A stretch of DNA of 64,000 bases from Raillietiella orientalis (taxonomy: Eukaryota): assembly GCA_036172245.1 (NCBI GenBank), contig JAYWIR010000003.1:2480001-2544000 (forward strand). Direction: 5' to 3'. The notes beneath the pieces are model-generated. The model saw only the letters and a program-made list of their open reading frames with translations. It did no database searches and was not told the origin of the DNA. Each line of letters begins with the position of its first letter. The stretch's first letter is position 1. The position numbers and the translations under genes are program-made. Of the stretch, positions 1 to 13,779 are shown piece by piece.

Positions 1-2240
1 TTTCCAGCATCCGAACGGTACCCGAATCGGCTCGTCCGGTGCAAGCGATGTATGCGTTGCAGACTCGGGGAAGGCACGGGCAAGGTAGCAGCGGATCTTC
101 CGTGACTTCGAGCATGCTGTGTTTTTCCCAGAAGACCGCGTTTTGCAGGCCATCCTTCACTTCTTCTGAAGGGTTTGCTCGGAGCGATCGAAGAATGGCC
201 CCAACGATTCTGCTCTTGAAACCGCAGTGATGCCACGTTCGTGGGTACCCCCATTCAGCACTCTCCGTAAGTAATTGACGAGAACGAATCAAATCCGCGT
301 GGACTCGTCCAAAGCAGGGTTGCCGGAAGCGATTTGAGAAAAAGCCTCGATTCGACTCTAGAAAGCCGAAGAGCAGCACGGAGAATGGCATCTTCGTGAG
401 AAGCTCGCGCGGACGTAGGGAAACGCGGCAGTAAAAGTCCGACGAGTACCACGAATGGGCTTTCTACGACGCGGTCACTTCTTGACCCAGGGAACAGAGT
501 TTAGGAAGCCGCAGCCAGCTTCCTACAGCGGAATGCAGGTACTACCGTTTAACGAATAGCATGCAATGAATTCGCCCAAGATTCATCACTGCCACTAGCA
601 ATGGAAGATGTGCTCGAAAGATGAGAGCTTGCGAGTAGCAGAAATGCTGTGGTTCCTTTTTTCGGAGACGCATGAAAATCAATGCAGCAGTGGAGTGAAA
701 GAATACCCGCAAACAAGCACGCAGGATTCCAGGACGCTTGGGGAGGAAAGGTAGTCATTCGAGGTTCCCAAGACGAGCCGAAAAAGTTGCGTAGAAAAAT
801 AGCGCGTAGGTGCCCCCCCCCCGCAAAAACCAAAAACGGAACATCAAAGAGAATCGATCTTGGAAGCGCTAAGAAACCCGTCAACCCAGAAACAAATCAA
901 AAGCTTCCTTTGGAGCCATCACGCAAGTCTGTCTTGCATTATGAGTTCGCTCCTCGAGTGTGTGTCGTTGCATTAGTGAATGTCCATGGTGCAGGGCAAG
1001 ATGGCGCTCTCGAAGCACAGACTCCTAATGAGAATTTCGGAAAGTTCTTTGAGGAAGGTCCGACACCCGCAAAGAGGAACGCAACGTCCTCAGCGCTGCG
1101 TTCCGCACATCTCAGATGCCAGCTTGAGATGAGATGCGAACCGAAAAAGAGTTTTCCGAAGAATTGCAACGCACCGACGGCTGATTCCTCGGCCCTTACT
1201 GATAGGCGCCGCCGCACCGGCTCGCGTGTACACTCGGAGGAGGAAGCGTCCCATACGCCCATGTGTACAGAAAAAGTGACTGATCACCACCAGCAAGAGG
1301 GGAAAATCGAGCCAGGGCCGGAGTTTTCGGCCGGTGCTTCCGCACCGGCTCGAGCGAAATCCTTGGCTTTGAGGCGAATGTCGGTTCCGTACTTCCCGGC
1401 CCGGGAGGGGACCCATCTCTCAGTAGGAATTCAGGACGCCGTTCCTTCGAGGAGAACCTTCAGATTAAAAACAGTGACGAACCAAACGCGTGTTCATCAT
1501 CTTAGCAATTATGGAAGAGACCATTTTTGACAGTACAGACAAGCAAAGCTTTTCAAATACGCGTGATTGATTTACGATCGCACCCATAGCAAAAGTACCT
1601 CAGATAACCGCAGATGATCAGGTGGTTTCACATACTTTCGATCACCTCTCAGAAGGTGGTTCGGCTCACCGCGGGTTTCTCTGTGGCGACGCGCGCGAGA
1701 GACCGTTCTGCGGAAAGTAAAAACAAAGACTGCTTCGGCCCGTGACGTGAGAAGAAGCCCAGAGCGAGGCTGCAGGCCTGCAGCACACCTCCGCGCGTTC
1801 CATCGTCTGAAGGTAGCAAAGTGTTGTCTCCTGGGAGTCACACCTGAGCCAAACACCTGGGAGCATCGGCTCCCGGCAAACCCAACAAGTGACTCCTCTT
1901 GAAACCAACACATTTCACAAACGTCTAGGGATGGTGCGTGAACGCGATGTGCCCTTGATGAACACCTCCATCGGGCTTGAAAAGGAACTACAAGGGATCC
2001 TTGCGAAGGCGAGCGAGCAGCCCCGAAGAATCATTTTCTCACAGCGTCAGCTGCAAAATGGAGTCACCAGACGACGGCCTGTACGCATCTGTGTACACGC
2101 AAGGAGTACACCGGTTTCTCACAATTAAAATGCATGCACCTTACATATTAAGCAGTGGGTAAGCTATCCCTTGACGTGTTTTCCGGTTCGTGTTGCGAAC
2201 TGTCCCTCACGTTAGCTTTCGCGAAATAGCGGAACTTTCA
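1..2240 (+). mobile_element. Fossil CR1-like LINE ORF2, copy A (RT to C-terminus; runs off the left edge)
   Basis: Motifs in order: SKNGPND ~188-208 (KSMGPDG); tcgtccaaagcagggttgccggaagcgatttgagaaaaagcc ~305-347 (SWxTGEVPEDWRKA); KVVIRGS in ORF 682..1530 (RVVINGS); LETNTFHKRLG in ORF 1889..2128 (LEHLSYEERL); QWVS/KLSLDV ~2155 (HWNRLPxEV). Many stops and frameshifts. Confidence 0.65.
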
Positions 2241-2339
2241 CAGCCCGTCTCCTGAATAATGGGTTCTGGAAGAGGGCTCGAACGATACACTGTACCACTG
2301 TTCTTACTCCCTTTTGTTTTTGTTTTTGTTTTTTTAGAA

Positions 2340-5300
2340 AGAAGCAAACGTGTATCGATGTGGAGATGCAAGGGAAGAGCTCATCCGCCGGCCAAGGAGT
2401 AGTACAACCAGATTCGGAGAGACAAGATGCGGGATGTGGGGGAGTCGGGAGGAACTTCGCATGGGAGTGGATGACGCATTTCCCTGACCACTCTGTGCGA
2501 TCACGCATGGGGCTTTCCTTTGCCCTCTGGCCCTCAGGGTTTTCTGGCCACGGCAGTCGGGACTTGCCGCTCGAAAATTCCACACGCGCGAGATCGGAAA
2601 GCTGCTCCCTCTAACAGCCCCACCCAGAAGAACAGGGGGGTGCACCTCGTCGCAGGGAAAGCCCTCCGAAATGGGAAGACGGAAAAGGCGAAAAATCCTG
2701 CGGAGCAGAGGAAAGAGGTCTTTCGCCTCCGTCGCTCCGCTGGAGCCAAGCAAACGGCGGCCTTCCTCCGGCGCTCTTTCGAAAGGAACTCTCCCAAGTG
2801 CTAACGGCAGCTCCTACGGCGTTGCGAAACCTCCGGGAGAGCAAAGATGAAAAATAAATAGAAACGACTTTCGTCGATATCGCCTTGCTGGGTTGCGCGC
2901 CGTCTCTCAGCGCGGCTGCAACTCTTGACAATCTTCACACCTTTCGTGATGTGCTAGCATTTTGCTTGGAGTTCCTCGGAAGAATTTATTTCGCTTTTTT
3001 TTTTTTTTTTTTTTCTTCCTTTTCTCTGCGCTCCCCTCGAACCTACGAGTACGACTATCGCCTTTAATGCGGTCTCTCACGCGAGTGGAATATCCGATGG
3101 GCGGTGAGCATCCCCGGAAACCTTTCTCATGGAGGAATTGGGAGTTTCTTGCAAGGAGTCGAGGCGGTATCCGTTGCGAAGGACAACGAGCATGCAAACG
3201 AAAGAAGCGAACCTCGGGTTCCATGGAAGCTCCCCATTATTTTTTCCTCCTCCTCCTCCCGAATCGGCAGGATAATCGCCACCATGTTTGATTTATCGGC
3301 GAACGTGCGTGGGGGTTGCTGGCCAATCGGTGCTATCTGGTAACGCAGTGTGACAGTGTTCTTATGGCTCGTTCTTTTTTCGTTCCAGCTTCCTTTGAGG
3401 AATATGGGACTGGTGCGTATCAAACCGTTTATTGAATCGGAAATACAATTCCTGATCATTTCCGGCTCATTTCGCTCATTCAGTGCGTAGCAGATAAAGC
3501 AAGTCATGATTTGAATAACTCGTCTGGCCTTTCGCATGACATGCTGCTTCGGATCAGGCTGCCCATCAGGGACACAGAGCCGCAGAAAATAGGTCTCGGA
3601 TGCTTTCCGGACGTTCTGGGATCCCGGGCCGCGACTGCTGCAGGCTGGAGTCGCTCTTCCTGTGCATTCCATCGCTCGCCCTCGCCGCCGTTTGCATCCC
3701 ACGGTCTTCGAGGGACGAACTCGCGGCTCCCCTTTAAGACTCCAGAGTCAACAAAACGGCGTTTGTCAAATTTCCTCGATCATGGAGACTCTGTCCAGCG
3801 TTGGCAGTCCCGAAAACTCCCCGGGAGGATGGGGGAGAAAAAAAAAAAAAATTCCGGGTTCGAGCACTGATGGTGGAATTCGGGGGCGAATCTGCGCGAG
3901 TTTCCGGCTTGGCACGTTCCGCATCATTCCAATACAAGTAGAACAAGATGGCTCGGGTTTTGGAGAAGAAAGTTTTGCTGCTCCGGAAGATTGACCGTGT
4001 AATTAACTGGGCAGAGTTGAGAGCACGAGGCCAATTGAACGCAGCACTGATTTGATTTGTTCGACCACTTTACGAAATTTCGCATGACGTCAGCAAAAAC
4101 GCCAAAGCTGCGGTGAGATCTCCGTATGCGTTGATTTCATCCTCCTTCACCCATTTTTGATAACGGTCACACGCGTTTTCACACGTATTCATCTCAGCAT
4201 CGGAAAACGGACCCATTCTGTTTTCCAGGACAGCGGAACACACGCATGAAAGAGAATGCATGCACGGATATGCGCGATTATCTCAGAGTCTGACACAATG
4301 AGCAACCGTTCCCCTTATTCCTGGTTTTCAAATCATTGCACAGTTTAACACCTTTGGAGGAAACTGGATACAGGTATATCCGGATGAGGCATTGCCCATC
4401 ATCAACCCCATTGCACCAACTTTTCAGCCTTAAAAGCCCCCTCGCTGCTGCTGTTTAACCAGAGATCATGGAGAAATAACGATAATTCGAGCGTTCCTTT
4501 CAACATTGGAAGAAAAAGAAAAAAAAAAAAAAAAAAAACAGATTACTCGCAAAGGTGACCAATCAGAGCGATCAGCCAGGAATTGACGAACATTCCACAG
4601 AATTTTCCAGTGAAGACATTAGAAATATGGATTCACTTTTTTCTTCCACGTTTCATTCTTGATCTGCTCCTACATTCTGTGGACGGGGTGGGATTGCGAG
4701 GGCAGACAACCGACAGCAATATGCATGAAGTAGGGGTCAGAGGAACCAATTTTTTTTTTCTGACCGATGTTCCTTTATCACTTAGTTCTCGCGCCTTTGA
4801 CACAGACTGAGCAGTTCGCTTCAGATACGAGAAAGTGATTCCTAAGGAGTATCCCCCATAGTGGCTGTCAGAGACCTTATCGGCGTAATTACTAACGCCA
4901 TGTCAGAAACTTCTAAGGATCTTTCCTACCGCCTCAGCGGTTTCCTGTATTACATGCTGATGATCCCCATGAAGGCAGCGAATGGGGTGCTGAATGAGCG
5001 CAATGCTAAGGTCCCCGAAAAGACCGGAGAAGTCACCTAGGTTGCTCGCGTTCGAATGCGTTCCTGCCACGGCCGATGGTCAGTTTCGGTTGGGAACTCC
5101 GGATCGAGTTTCAAGACGAGCGTCTCAGAAGAGCGCTCCAGAGTTTCTCTCGCCCTGCCTCTCCGTTGCTAGCAAGAGTCTCGCCTACCCGCAACCCACA
5201 CACGTGATTTCAAAGAGGAACCCCAGCATCTACGAAAAGATGGAAAAAATTGGTGTTAAAGGCGTGCACTCTCAAAAGGAAAATATTTTGGCAGCTGGTA

Positions 5301-5720
5301 GCCAAACGAGGGAAGAACCCTAGCGAAAAGATGAGAAGTGTTTCATGGCATCTTGAATACTTGAATGCTGTGTATAGTTCTTGGATGAATGGTCCTCAGT
5401 TCCTCGCTTGATGTTTTTTTTTTGCTTTTTTTTTTTTTTTTCCCAAGTTGATGCGGTTGAAGCGCCCACTTGAAAGCAGTAAGCTCTTGACGAGTTTCAT
5501 GATCTTGAGACGGACTTGGAGACTCGTTGCTAGTCACACATCGAGATGCAACGGAGCAGTTTTGAAAACGACGAATCTTCTAATCTTGGTGCATTGGCAA
5601 GAACAGGAACGAAAGGACTCGATGACCTACATAAATGGTGGAAAACGAAATGCATGGAAGATTGCACTGAAGTGGAATCTGCAATCATGTGTCTAGACAG
5701 GGATTGGATCCTGCACTTGA
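2340..5720 (+). mobile_element. Fossil CR1-like ORF2, copy B (mid-endonuclease to C-terminus, near full length)
   Basis: SNSPTQKNRGVHLV (PTR..LLDL, ORF 2520); ATLDNLHTFRDVL (TLDF..F RDLL, ORF 2885); PRVPW (RRPxW); ADKASHDLN ~3490 (EKAEVLN); TVPLI..GNWIQ..IINP 4305-4410 (TVPH..NWL..VING); SVPFNI ~4490 (PVLFNI); NMHEVGVRG (NPMHQYRLG); KAANGVL 4972-4992 (KKANGIL); IYEKMEKIG (SYEERLKELG); TSRCNGAVLK..VHWQ (TRGNGxKL..HWN). Confidence 0.75.
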
Positions 5721-5799
5721 CGCGATATTTGCTATCAGCATCCCTCTTTCAATATCTTCGAACGTAAACTTTTGATGACTTGAAACCGAAGCATCCAAA

Positions 5800-7500
5800 C
5801 AGGACAGGAAATGAACTTCTTCGCTTGTCGTCCCTTCTTGCCCATACCTCGCAGTCGTCAGTGAATCCGAAAGCTGAAGCAATGGAGAGTCTTTGCTGCG
5901 AACGACTGCCCTCGTCATCATCCTATTCGAGCCTCGAAAAGCAGCAGAAGCAATTAGCTGGCAACAGATAATGGGATGCACGGGAAACTCAGGTATGGAA
6001 GCCGGAAGACTGAAACCACTCCTAGGTGGAAGCCTTCTGGTTTCGCTATCTAAATGGCTCGCTGGAAGCGTGCGTCTGTTCAGCTGACAGCTCAGGCGGC
6101 TGAAGCCAGGGGGCACGAATCTTCAGACCATCTTCGACCGTCCTTTGCGCTATCTGTGTTACGACTCGCCAACTAAAGCAAACCGAGACACCAAGACTGC
6201 AGGACGAATCCCACGGGCAGTTCCGTGGGTGCTCACTTCCGAAAAACGATCAGCAGGCGAAGGGGAGAAGAGAGCTTCTGTTTTCATACTCGTGAAATGC
6301 CAGCTCAAAGGAATCTTGGAATTTTCCTATGCTTCCACCGTCATGAAACTGCCTTTGGGCGGTGGATATCAGCCATCCTCAAAGCGTTTCTATCATCCGA
6401 TCTCAATCTTGCGTCCTTCCCACGCTCAAAAGCTGCGCAGTTTTATCCATTTTCTCTCTTTTTTTCCCCCTTCCATTGCAGCTCGGTCATGTCGATGGAA
6501 TCTTTACGAATGCCGGACTGTGTGCCGACTTCAAGTGACGTACTTGTGGCTCACCGAACTCTTCCGAATTCCCCGTGGCCTGCCTGGTCTTCTCAGATTC
6601 GAAGGTTGCCGTTCTCACTGGCGAGGCGTCGCAGATGAACCCCTGTGAGAATCGCCGTGAGTGGGTGAGCGCCGCCCCTATCAGCTTGCGAGAGCACCAT
6701 CGATGTTTGAAAACAGCTGGGACTGCTATCGAAGGTATTTTAGCATCCTTTATCCCCCTCCTCCCGGAACACGTGGTGACAACCCGAGTTTACGCTGCAA
6801 GAGCGAAACTGTTCCTATGGCTTTTTAAGACTTCCTGAATTAGCACTGCTTGCACCAGGGAAACCAGGAAAATGGATCGTAGGAGATGCAGCGCTGATGC
6901 GAAACATGCAGACCCTTTTCCTCCCTGCCACGGAAATCGTCGCAAGTGATTGCGTTCATTTGTGCCAAAAAAAAAAAAAAAAAAGAAGGAAAAAAAGGAA
7001 AAAACGGATTGCAGGAATTCTCCTCTGATGCATCATCCAGCCAATCCTTGGAAAACACTTTGCGACGGCAGCCTAACAGAATGACCGTTTACAGCTAATT
7101 TTTCAATTCTGGTGACGTCAAGCTTTTCTTAATTCCGTCGGAATGATTTATCGATAGTTAACTATCCGGGAGGTTGATGGAAGTCTCATCCGGATCTTCT
7201 TGCTTCCTGTTCTTCGCGAAAGGATCGCCTTCCTTCTGCATGACTTGGACCAAAAGTGGCTTATAACTTCGCAGGCAGTAACGTGGCAGATCGAGGAGCT
7301 AATCAGAGAAAGATTATAATCTCTCAGGGAGACGGGGAAGAGCGCTGCACTTCAAACACAAACTTTTCATCGTCTCGTAACACTAATCGTAAAATTGGGC
7401 AAGCCCTCCGCGCACTCAAACTTCCATTAACCAGCGATCCCCATGCTCCCCTATTTGCAGAGAAGCGGGTTCACCACCGCAAGTGTAAAACAGGGGGGGG

Positions 7501-7564
<64 letters not shown>

Positions 7565-8800
7565 AAGAAGAAAAGGAAAACAAAAAGAGTACAACAGGAG
7601 TGACTGCAGATCATTACGTATTCCGACTCCCATGCTCTCTGTAATTTATCGTAAGAAAATAAAGAAAGACAAATATTCGCGTATTCGTTTCGCGTTAGTG
7701 AACCTCCGTGGCACTCATTAAATCCCGTTCGCAGTGCATAAATTTCCTCTGTCGCCACCTGAAATACTATCTTTGGGGACTGCACTTGAGGAATGAATTT
7801 AACTGCAGAACAATTTCCCGGAGACGCCGAATATTAATGCCGTGATGTATGGCTCCCTGGAATTACAATTATCAGCTACTTGAATACGCGTTTCTCTCCT
7901 CGACGCGATCACTCATCCGCTGGCCATCTATCAGCGACTCTTTGAACTTTCGGATTCCCGTGGACCCGCTCCCGCGGCGGAATTTGTCGCGGGGAGAGAA
8001 AGACGAGAGGAAAAGGGTCGACCCCTTGCTGCAGAATCCCCCCATTCTGCCCCCCCCCCCCTCGAGGCGCGGGTGCTGCCCGTCTATTAAGTGCACTCGA
8101 TAGGAATTTTAGCACTCGATGTAAATCAACTTCCTGCATTTGTAGGCGCTTCGGCGTGCTGAGGAGAGATGCTGTTTGCTGCCACATGAATTCCGCTCGG
8201 ATTAGCAGAATCAGCGGCCGCACCTCAATGCGATTTGCTTCAATGTATCACACGAGTGTGCTTGTGCATTGACAATAAGGTCGCGTACTTGAGATATCAA
8301 CAACTGCGGATGCCTTTTTCTCGTGTATGGAGTCCGAGGCCACGAGAGAAGCGCGCATTCAAGAGCGAAGAATGATTTCAGCTCGCGACGAGCAAAGGCA
8401 TCACCTGAAGCACACACAGAGCGTCCTCCTTCCAGTTCGAAATCCTCACACGCACGTTCTCAAAGAGGGACCCATCTGTTGTGGATCATGCCCTTTAGAA
8501 AAGATCGTTCTATATCCTCGGTTCCATGCCGTGGATGACCTCACTGTTCAACCACTGCTCAGCACAAAGAGCTTTAGAGGCCTGCAGAACCCACTCTGAT
8601 CTCTTGAAGCTGTTCTTGCAAACATGCAGCACCCGCTTCTCTTCCCGGTGCTTCACACCTCATCGCTTTAAAGGAACGCATCTTGAATTTCGCTGTTCAT
8701 CCGGCGCCCAGCAGTGGGCTGACCAATTTCAAGGATTCCAAAGCATGATGCAGATAAGTATATCTGGTTTCTCGAGGGCATGAATAACCACGACCTCATG
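5800..8800 (+). mobile_element. Fossil CR1-like ORF2, copy C (endonuclease to C-terminus)
   Basis: TALVIILF..AISW (ALVLMGDFN..DICW, ORF 5893); LEFSYA (LDFRRA, ORF 6145); PWPAW (RRPAW); GANQRKIIISQGDGEE (ANVTPIFKKGxKED, ORF 7256); RHLKYYLWG ~7753 (RWIKNWLxG); ISDSLN..RVDPLL (ORF 7849); VLVH/IDNK ~8258 (VLVDNK); RHHLKH (RPHLEY); QQWADQF (HWNxLP). Confidence 0.65.
7503..7560. repeat. (GA)29 microsatellite inside CR1 copy C
   Basis: Perfect GA dinucleotide run, seen directly. Confidence 0.97.
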
Positions 8801-8829
8801 ATCGATAAGAACTCTGCTTATATGGTCAA

Positions 8830-11800
8830 ACTTCGGAATTTCAAACCTTGGAAGCGTTCAGACTTGAATCACACGGAAGTAGGTCTTGAGAAAGCATGAA
8901 TGTCTTCGTCTTCAGCAGACTGCTGGTCTGATGTTTCGTGGGTCTTAAGGAAGTCTTGCGCTCGGTTCCCACATCGTAGACGGCACTTTGGCGTTTGTGC
9001 CCGGCAGCAAACTCGGAGTGGAGGAACGGTCCACGGACGTTCGAAACGCCGGAAGATAGGAGTCGAAATTCGATTGTGACAACCTGGCAATTCTGATATC
9101 GGAAGATTCTTCGCGAACTTCCCGAGATTCAGGGTCCCTTCAAACGTCGTCAAGCGGAAGGACATTCGATGCAGAATGTGACGACGAATCCATGCTGAAG
9201 CTGAATCGTTCACTCGCCGTCTCGTCTAAAGTGGCTCTTCTCCGATGAAGTCTGATTTCCTCTGAGCGTGGTACAATGCGTGTCAAAGCAAAATGAAGCA
9301 GCGAGGACCTCTTCCTGGGTCCAAAACACCAGCTGGCTTGTTTGCTTGCCAGAACGGACTCTGTTCTCGTGTGACCACAGAGAGTCCAGGAAATCGAAAC
9401 GCGAATGGGCTCTCGAATTCTCAGGATCCAAGGAAGAAACAGGAGCGGTACGGGAACTCCTCGGCTGAGAGGCTGACAGAAAAATCACGTGCGAGGATGG
9501 AAAACGAACTTTCCTCCCAACTTTTTCCTCCGGAGCGGTCGCCCAAGCATGCGCTCCCAGAAGCACACTCTTCCTCGGTTGCTCTTCAGATGGAAATTTT
9601 TTTCCTCTCCCGTGCTTCTTGCATCATGGGTTTTGTCTCTTGCAGAATAAGCCAAGGAACAAAGCCCATAATCAAGCGCCGAAGAAGGAAAGAACGTCGA
9701 GCTGAAGAGCAACCGAGAAAGAGTGTGCTTCTCGGATGTTCCGCATTGGGCAAGACTTTGTAGGAAGCTGTGCTTGCAACACGAGAAATCACCCTCAAGA
9801 GCGAGGAATGAAATGAAGAAATGGTTCCCAGTGGTAGCTGGACGTAACACGAGAACCTAGGTGCCAGGAACTGAAGCGCCAGCAACCGCATTAAGAGACT
9901 TCTATTAAGATTGTGGCAATCCTCCAATGGCGAGAAACTTCCCGCAGCAGCAATCCTCGTTGCTTACCGCAAAGAGAATTGCAATTTTTCCTCTGCAGTG
10001 AGCAAAATTGGACTGTTGGACGATGCAGTCGCGTGAGTTATCACCGGAAGAACATTTTCCAAACCCAACACTTGCCGGCCAATTTCGAGTTTGGATTCGT
10101 AGTCGGATAGGTGGACGTGGGAAGTGGTGGGACCCATGAAATTGGAATCAAAAGAGGACATTCCGAAAAGCATGAAAACAGATTTTGCGGATCTTCGAAT
10201 AGGCGGCATATAGGTTTGAAGGCCTTCGGGGGCGGAAAATTGCCAGAGCTGGACGACAATCTCTTCAGGCAGTGAGGAGCTCTTCGGACGTTGGAGCATA
10301 CCGAGTCCCCATAAAAACACCGCAAAGCAACCTCCAAGAAGCGGCAGTAGTTGCTAAAATGCCGGGACGAAACATTTCAAAATAAGTCATGGGGCTGAAA
10401 AGGACGGCCGGTAGGGATGTCACGGTGGGCCATAGCAACGGTGGGCTTCGTTTGCTGCTTGCACCTGACGATGCCGAGAGTCTAGAAGGGAGTTTCTTCG
10501 TCGCAAATCTTTGGAATGTGCGAGCCATTTTTTCCTCCTTCCTCCAAGAAAGAAAGTTCTTGCGAACGTGAAGAAGCACATCGAGAAAGAGTTCCAAACC
10601 AGACCGCATCAGCTGACCAGTCGCTCAAAGGAACTTGCACTTCCCAACGCGGATCAGCCTCAGCCATCGGCTTCCTAGACCGAACATCCAAAGCTGTAAA
10701 AGAGTTTTTCCGAGGAGTCGGAGCAGCGCGGTTTGATTCACTGTTTTCATGCCGGATAAAAGAACAAAGATAGGCAGATAGTTGAAGATGCAGATAAGAA
10801 AAGCTTCGGAATCGCAGGACTCGTCGTGACGAGTCGCAAACGGCTAAGCAGAGCTGACATTTGGGTTCATGCAATTTGAATTGCAAAACCTTCCTTGGAA
10901 ACGAAGAAGGATGGGAAGCTAAAAAATGCGAAGCTCTGGACCCATTTGAAGGGAAAAAAAGAGTTTATCTCCGCGTGCAGTAGGAAACCTGCCATGCAAC
11001 GGATTAATGACGTGCAGGAAATGAAAACAGCAGTGACGATGGTCGAGAACAACCATGCAGCGCCATTTTCATGCATAAGTGAGCAGCTCGGTCTTGAACG
11101 CCTCCGCGAAGGGCCACTTTGTCCCTTAGGAAATCTTCGTGGTGTCGCACTGGGCAGCCACGGCGGCCAGGCGCCGGGGACAGACCTCATCTTCATCCTT
11201 TCCGACTCGGTTTCCTTCGGCTCGGTTCGAGGAGTTGCTTAGCTACCTTTCCTCCTGGCTGCAATCTGCGTGTGGTTTCGCTCCTCTGCTTTGACTTCAT
11301 CGTCACCTGTCCGACTTGCAGAGAGGTTTCATCCTGGTGGTCGGACCGAAAGATGCCTGGTTTCTGTCCAGAGTCCGTTTCTGACTGTTTTCCGCTAGGC
11401 GTCAGCGGCGTTTCCTTGGGCACGCTGAGCTCCCAAAGAGAGCTCCATAATTTGGAATTCGCCCGGGTGGGCTAACTCTTCCCTTCGTCAGGCTGCGATT
11501 TACGTAGAGCAAGTTTTGTTTTTTCTTCTCCTTTTTGTTTCTGTTCCTCACATGGTTCTGCGTTTAATAAATCAAACGTCTGGGTTTTCGGATGCTAGCC
11601 TATAATAACGATGGGTTTTCCATAGAGGGATCGTGAGTTTGAATAACCGTTTTTACGCAAGCATTATCTGCCTTCGCCTTCGAGTTCCCATTCTTAAGCA
11701 GGAATTCACGAGAACGTGGCAGCAGGTGATGAAGGTTTCCGGAAGACAGGCTCGGCTCCAGCCGACGTGCCTTTCCACCACCACCTCCCAGTGCGAGATC

Positions 11801-12250
11801 AAGCAGAGGACGGGCTCTTGACCACCCCCGTGAGTCCGCATCGGCGATCCGAGGAAATTTTCTTCTTCAAATTCGAGTCCCTCTCCCCCCCACACCCTCA
11901 CTTCCAGCTTCTTCTTCTCCCTTGCCAGCGGCTCTGCACCGAAGATGCGATGTCCTTTCAGGGAGAAAATCATGAGCGTTCTGGAAGCTTCGCGATCACT
12001 TCGTGGTGGGTGAAGGTGGATGACGGAAAGACTGCAAGCGCTTCTTTCGCCATCCCCGCGGAAATTTCGCTCCCGCCCCAGGAAGGGGGAAAAGCAGGGA
12101 TGCGCCCAACAAAATGATTTATCGGGATTCACCGTTTCTTCGAGAATCGATTCGACTGCTCGCTTATCTGGTAACCCTGAGTAAATCATCAAAGAAAGGA
12201 AGATCCACGTGAAAGTAACAGCGAGCGGATCCACGACGTGGGATCCCGAC
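8830..12250 (+). mobile_element. Fossil CR1-like ORF2, copy D (endonuclease to C-terminus)
   Basis: acctggcaattctgat ~9083 (LGxSD); TSWLV (ESWLIF, ORF 9268); RGWK ~9493; VGHSNGG..SFFVANL (IGxSQHGF..SCLTNL, ORF 10389); GFLDRTSKAVKEF (YLDFSKAFD, ORF 10516); RINDVQE (FINDLDE, ORF 10895); ANS..GC ~11470 (ANxILGC); CEIKQR (YEERLR). Confidence 0.65.
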
Positions 12251-12289
12251 TCTGATGGGAAACGTCAGCAGGAGCTCGGCGGCCTCCAG

Positions 12290-13670
12290 GATTTCGGCTG
12301 GTGACGGAAGGGTATGGATTTCGGATGAGCGCTCGAATCACCGAGAACCAACTTTCAAATCGTGGGGCTGACTGTTAAGGAGCAGCAGCGCACCTCGGTA
12401 TTTTTAATGCTCAGCAACGTCGTAACGTCGGAACTGACGAGACAGAAACGTTCGAAAGCAAAGAAGTGGATGAATAAATCACAACTGTGTGCTCCTGAGG
12501 AACACTGACAAGCATGTGTTCAACACGCTTTTATGGGGATCAAAAATGCACCAAAGTGTTGTTTATTTGATTTGGCTTAAACGTCACTAGCCGTAAAACG
12601 GGCGCAGGAATTCGCGTATGCACCGGGAACGATATCCCCCCCCGTTCCGAGTGACTCATGGCGTCCAGGCGCGACTACTCGCGTGTCTTGTACCAGGGAA
12701 GAGGACGCGAGGTCCAGGGTCGGCATCGTGCCGTCGAGGTCCTCACGGACGGGATCCGTGGCACACCTCCGAGGAACACGATGCTGCTCGGAAGTGACAC
12801 CCGGCGTGACACCAAGAAGCGAGGGCGTGCTGTTATTTCCTGGCTCAAGGAGGACCAGCCCCTCCCTGCGCACCGCGACGTTCGGTTCGGGTCCACCTCA
12901 ACTTTCATCGAGAACCTCCCGGAGACCCTCCTTCCAGCCCACATTGTTTCTCACCACTCTTCGTGATCACGGCGCATCATAAGCCCGGCTTCTCGGATGA
13001 AAAGCGGTCCAATCCAAGAGTACAGTAACCGACTAAGAATCGCGCTGTGCAGAATGGTTGTGGAGAGGGACCTGCAGTGGTTCATCAGCCACAGCAATGA
13101 CTCATCATCAGTCTAGACATCCTCCTCGGACACCGATCGCCTTCCCTCAAGTCCTCAAAGAAGCCGCGAATTAAGGAGAGGCGATGCACACCGCATGCTG
13201 CACACCGGAAATGGTTCGTGGCCCAGACGCCGGAAAAGTTTGCGCAGACGTCCGACAGATCTCAGCGTGGCCGTCGCGCGTTCAGCGGCAAATTTCGAGC
13301 AGTGGCTATCGGATTTCTCAAAGGGAATGGAAGATGAGCTCCGACCGGAAACGCTTGCAGCGTCTCCTGAACGCGGGAAGCTCCATCTGAGGCTTTTGCC
13401 TCACCGAGGAGGGGCGGAACAGAAATGGGGACCGATGCTGCCATCTACACGAGAGAGGTGGGACGATTCTGAGGCCGCCTTCCTGCATTTCGGAAGAAAG
13501 AAGGCGCACGGCGCGTTTCGATGCCAAGACGCAGCGAGCCGCAAGCAGGTTGCCAGGCAGCGGAGGCGTAAAAATATTCAGCCTCAGACGAGTGCCTTCT
13601 GCCGATCCCTCGCATCTTCCGTTGACGCGGAAGCGAAACGCACCATTCCCTTCCTCGATCGCAAGTAATT
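12290..13670 (+). mobile_element. Fossil CR1-like ORF2, copy E (5'-truncated; RT to C-terminus)
   Basis: ENQLSNR ~12343 (ENWLxxR); VTHGVQ 12652 (VTSGVPQ); DGIRGT..DTKKRGRAVI in ORF 12658 (DGIECT..DTPEGRAAI); NPRVQ*/RL..ERDL 13010-13075; ADVRQ..SRVQR (ORF 13184); SKGMEDELRPETL (KGLEHLSYEERL); VKIFSLRRV (KKFFTxRV). Confidence 0.7.
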
Positions 13671-13779
13671 CAGAGATTTTTGTGCGGAGTTTGCAGTTTC
13701 CTAATATTGGAGCTGGGAGGACCAGCTCCGCATCAGAAAGGCGTTTCACTCGCAAACATCCCGCCTTCCCGACCGAAGC

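Noticed and set aside
4300..4440. Minus-strand L2/Crack-like motif GVKLCNDL
   Set aside because: The plus strand gives TVP..NW..IIN exactly where CR1 copy B predicts it; the minus-strand match is isolated.
5450..5710. RTE/BovB-like LINE 3' end
   Set aside because: Better explained as the collinear C-terminus (TRxNG..HW..LD) of CR1 copy B.
6816..6827. miR-135-like 5' end (tatggcttttta)
   Set aside because: Only 12 nt match, there is no hairpin partner, and it lies in the CR1 KGFF-type codons.
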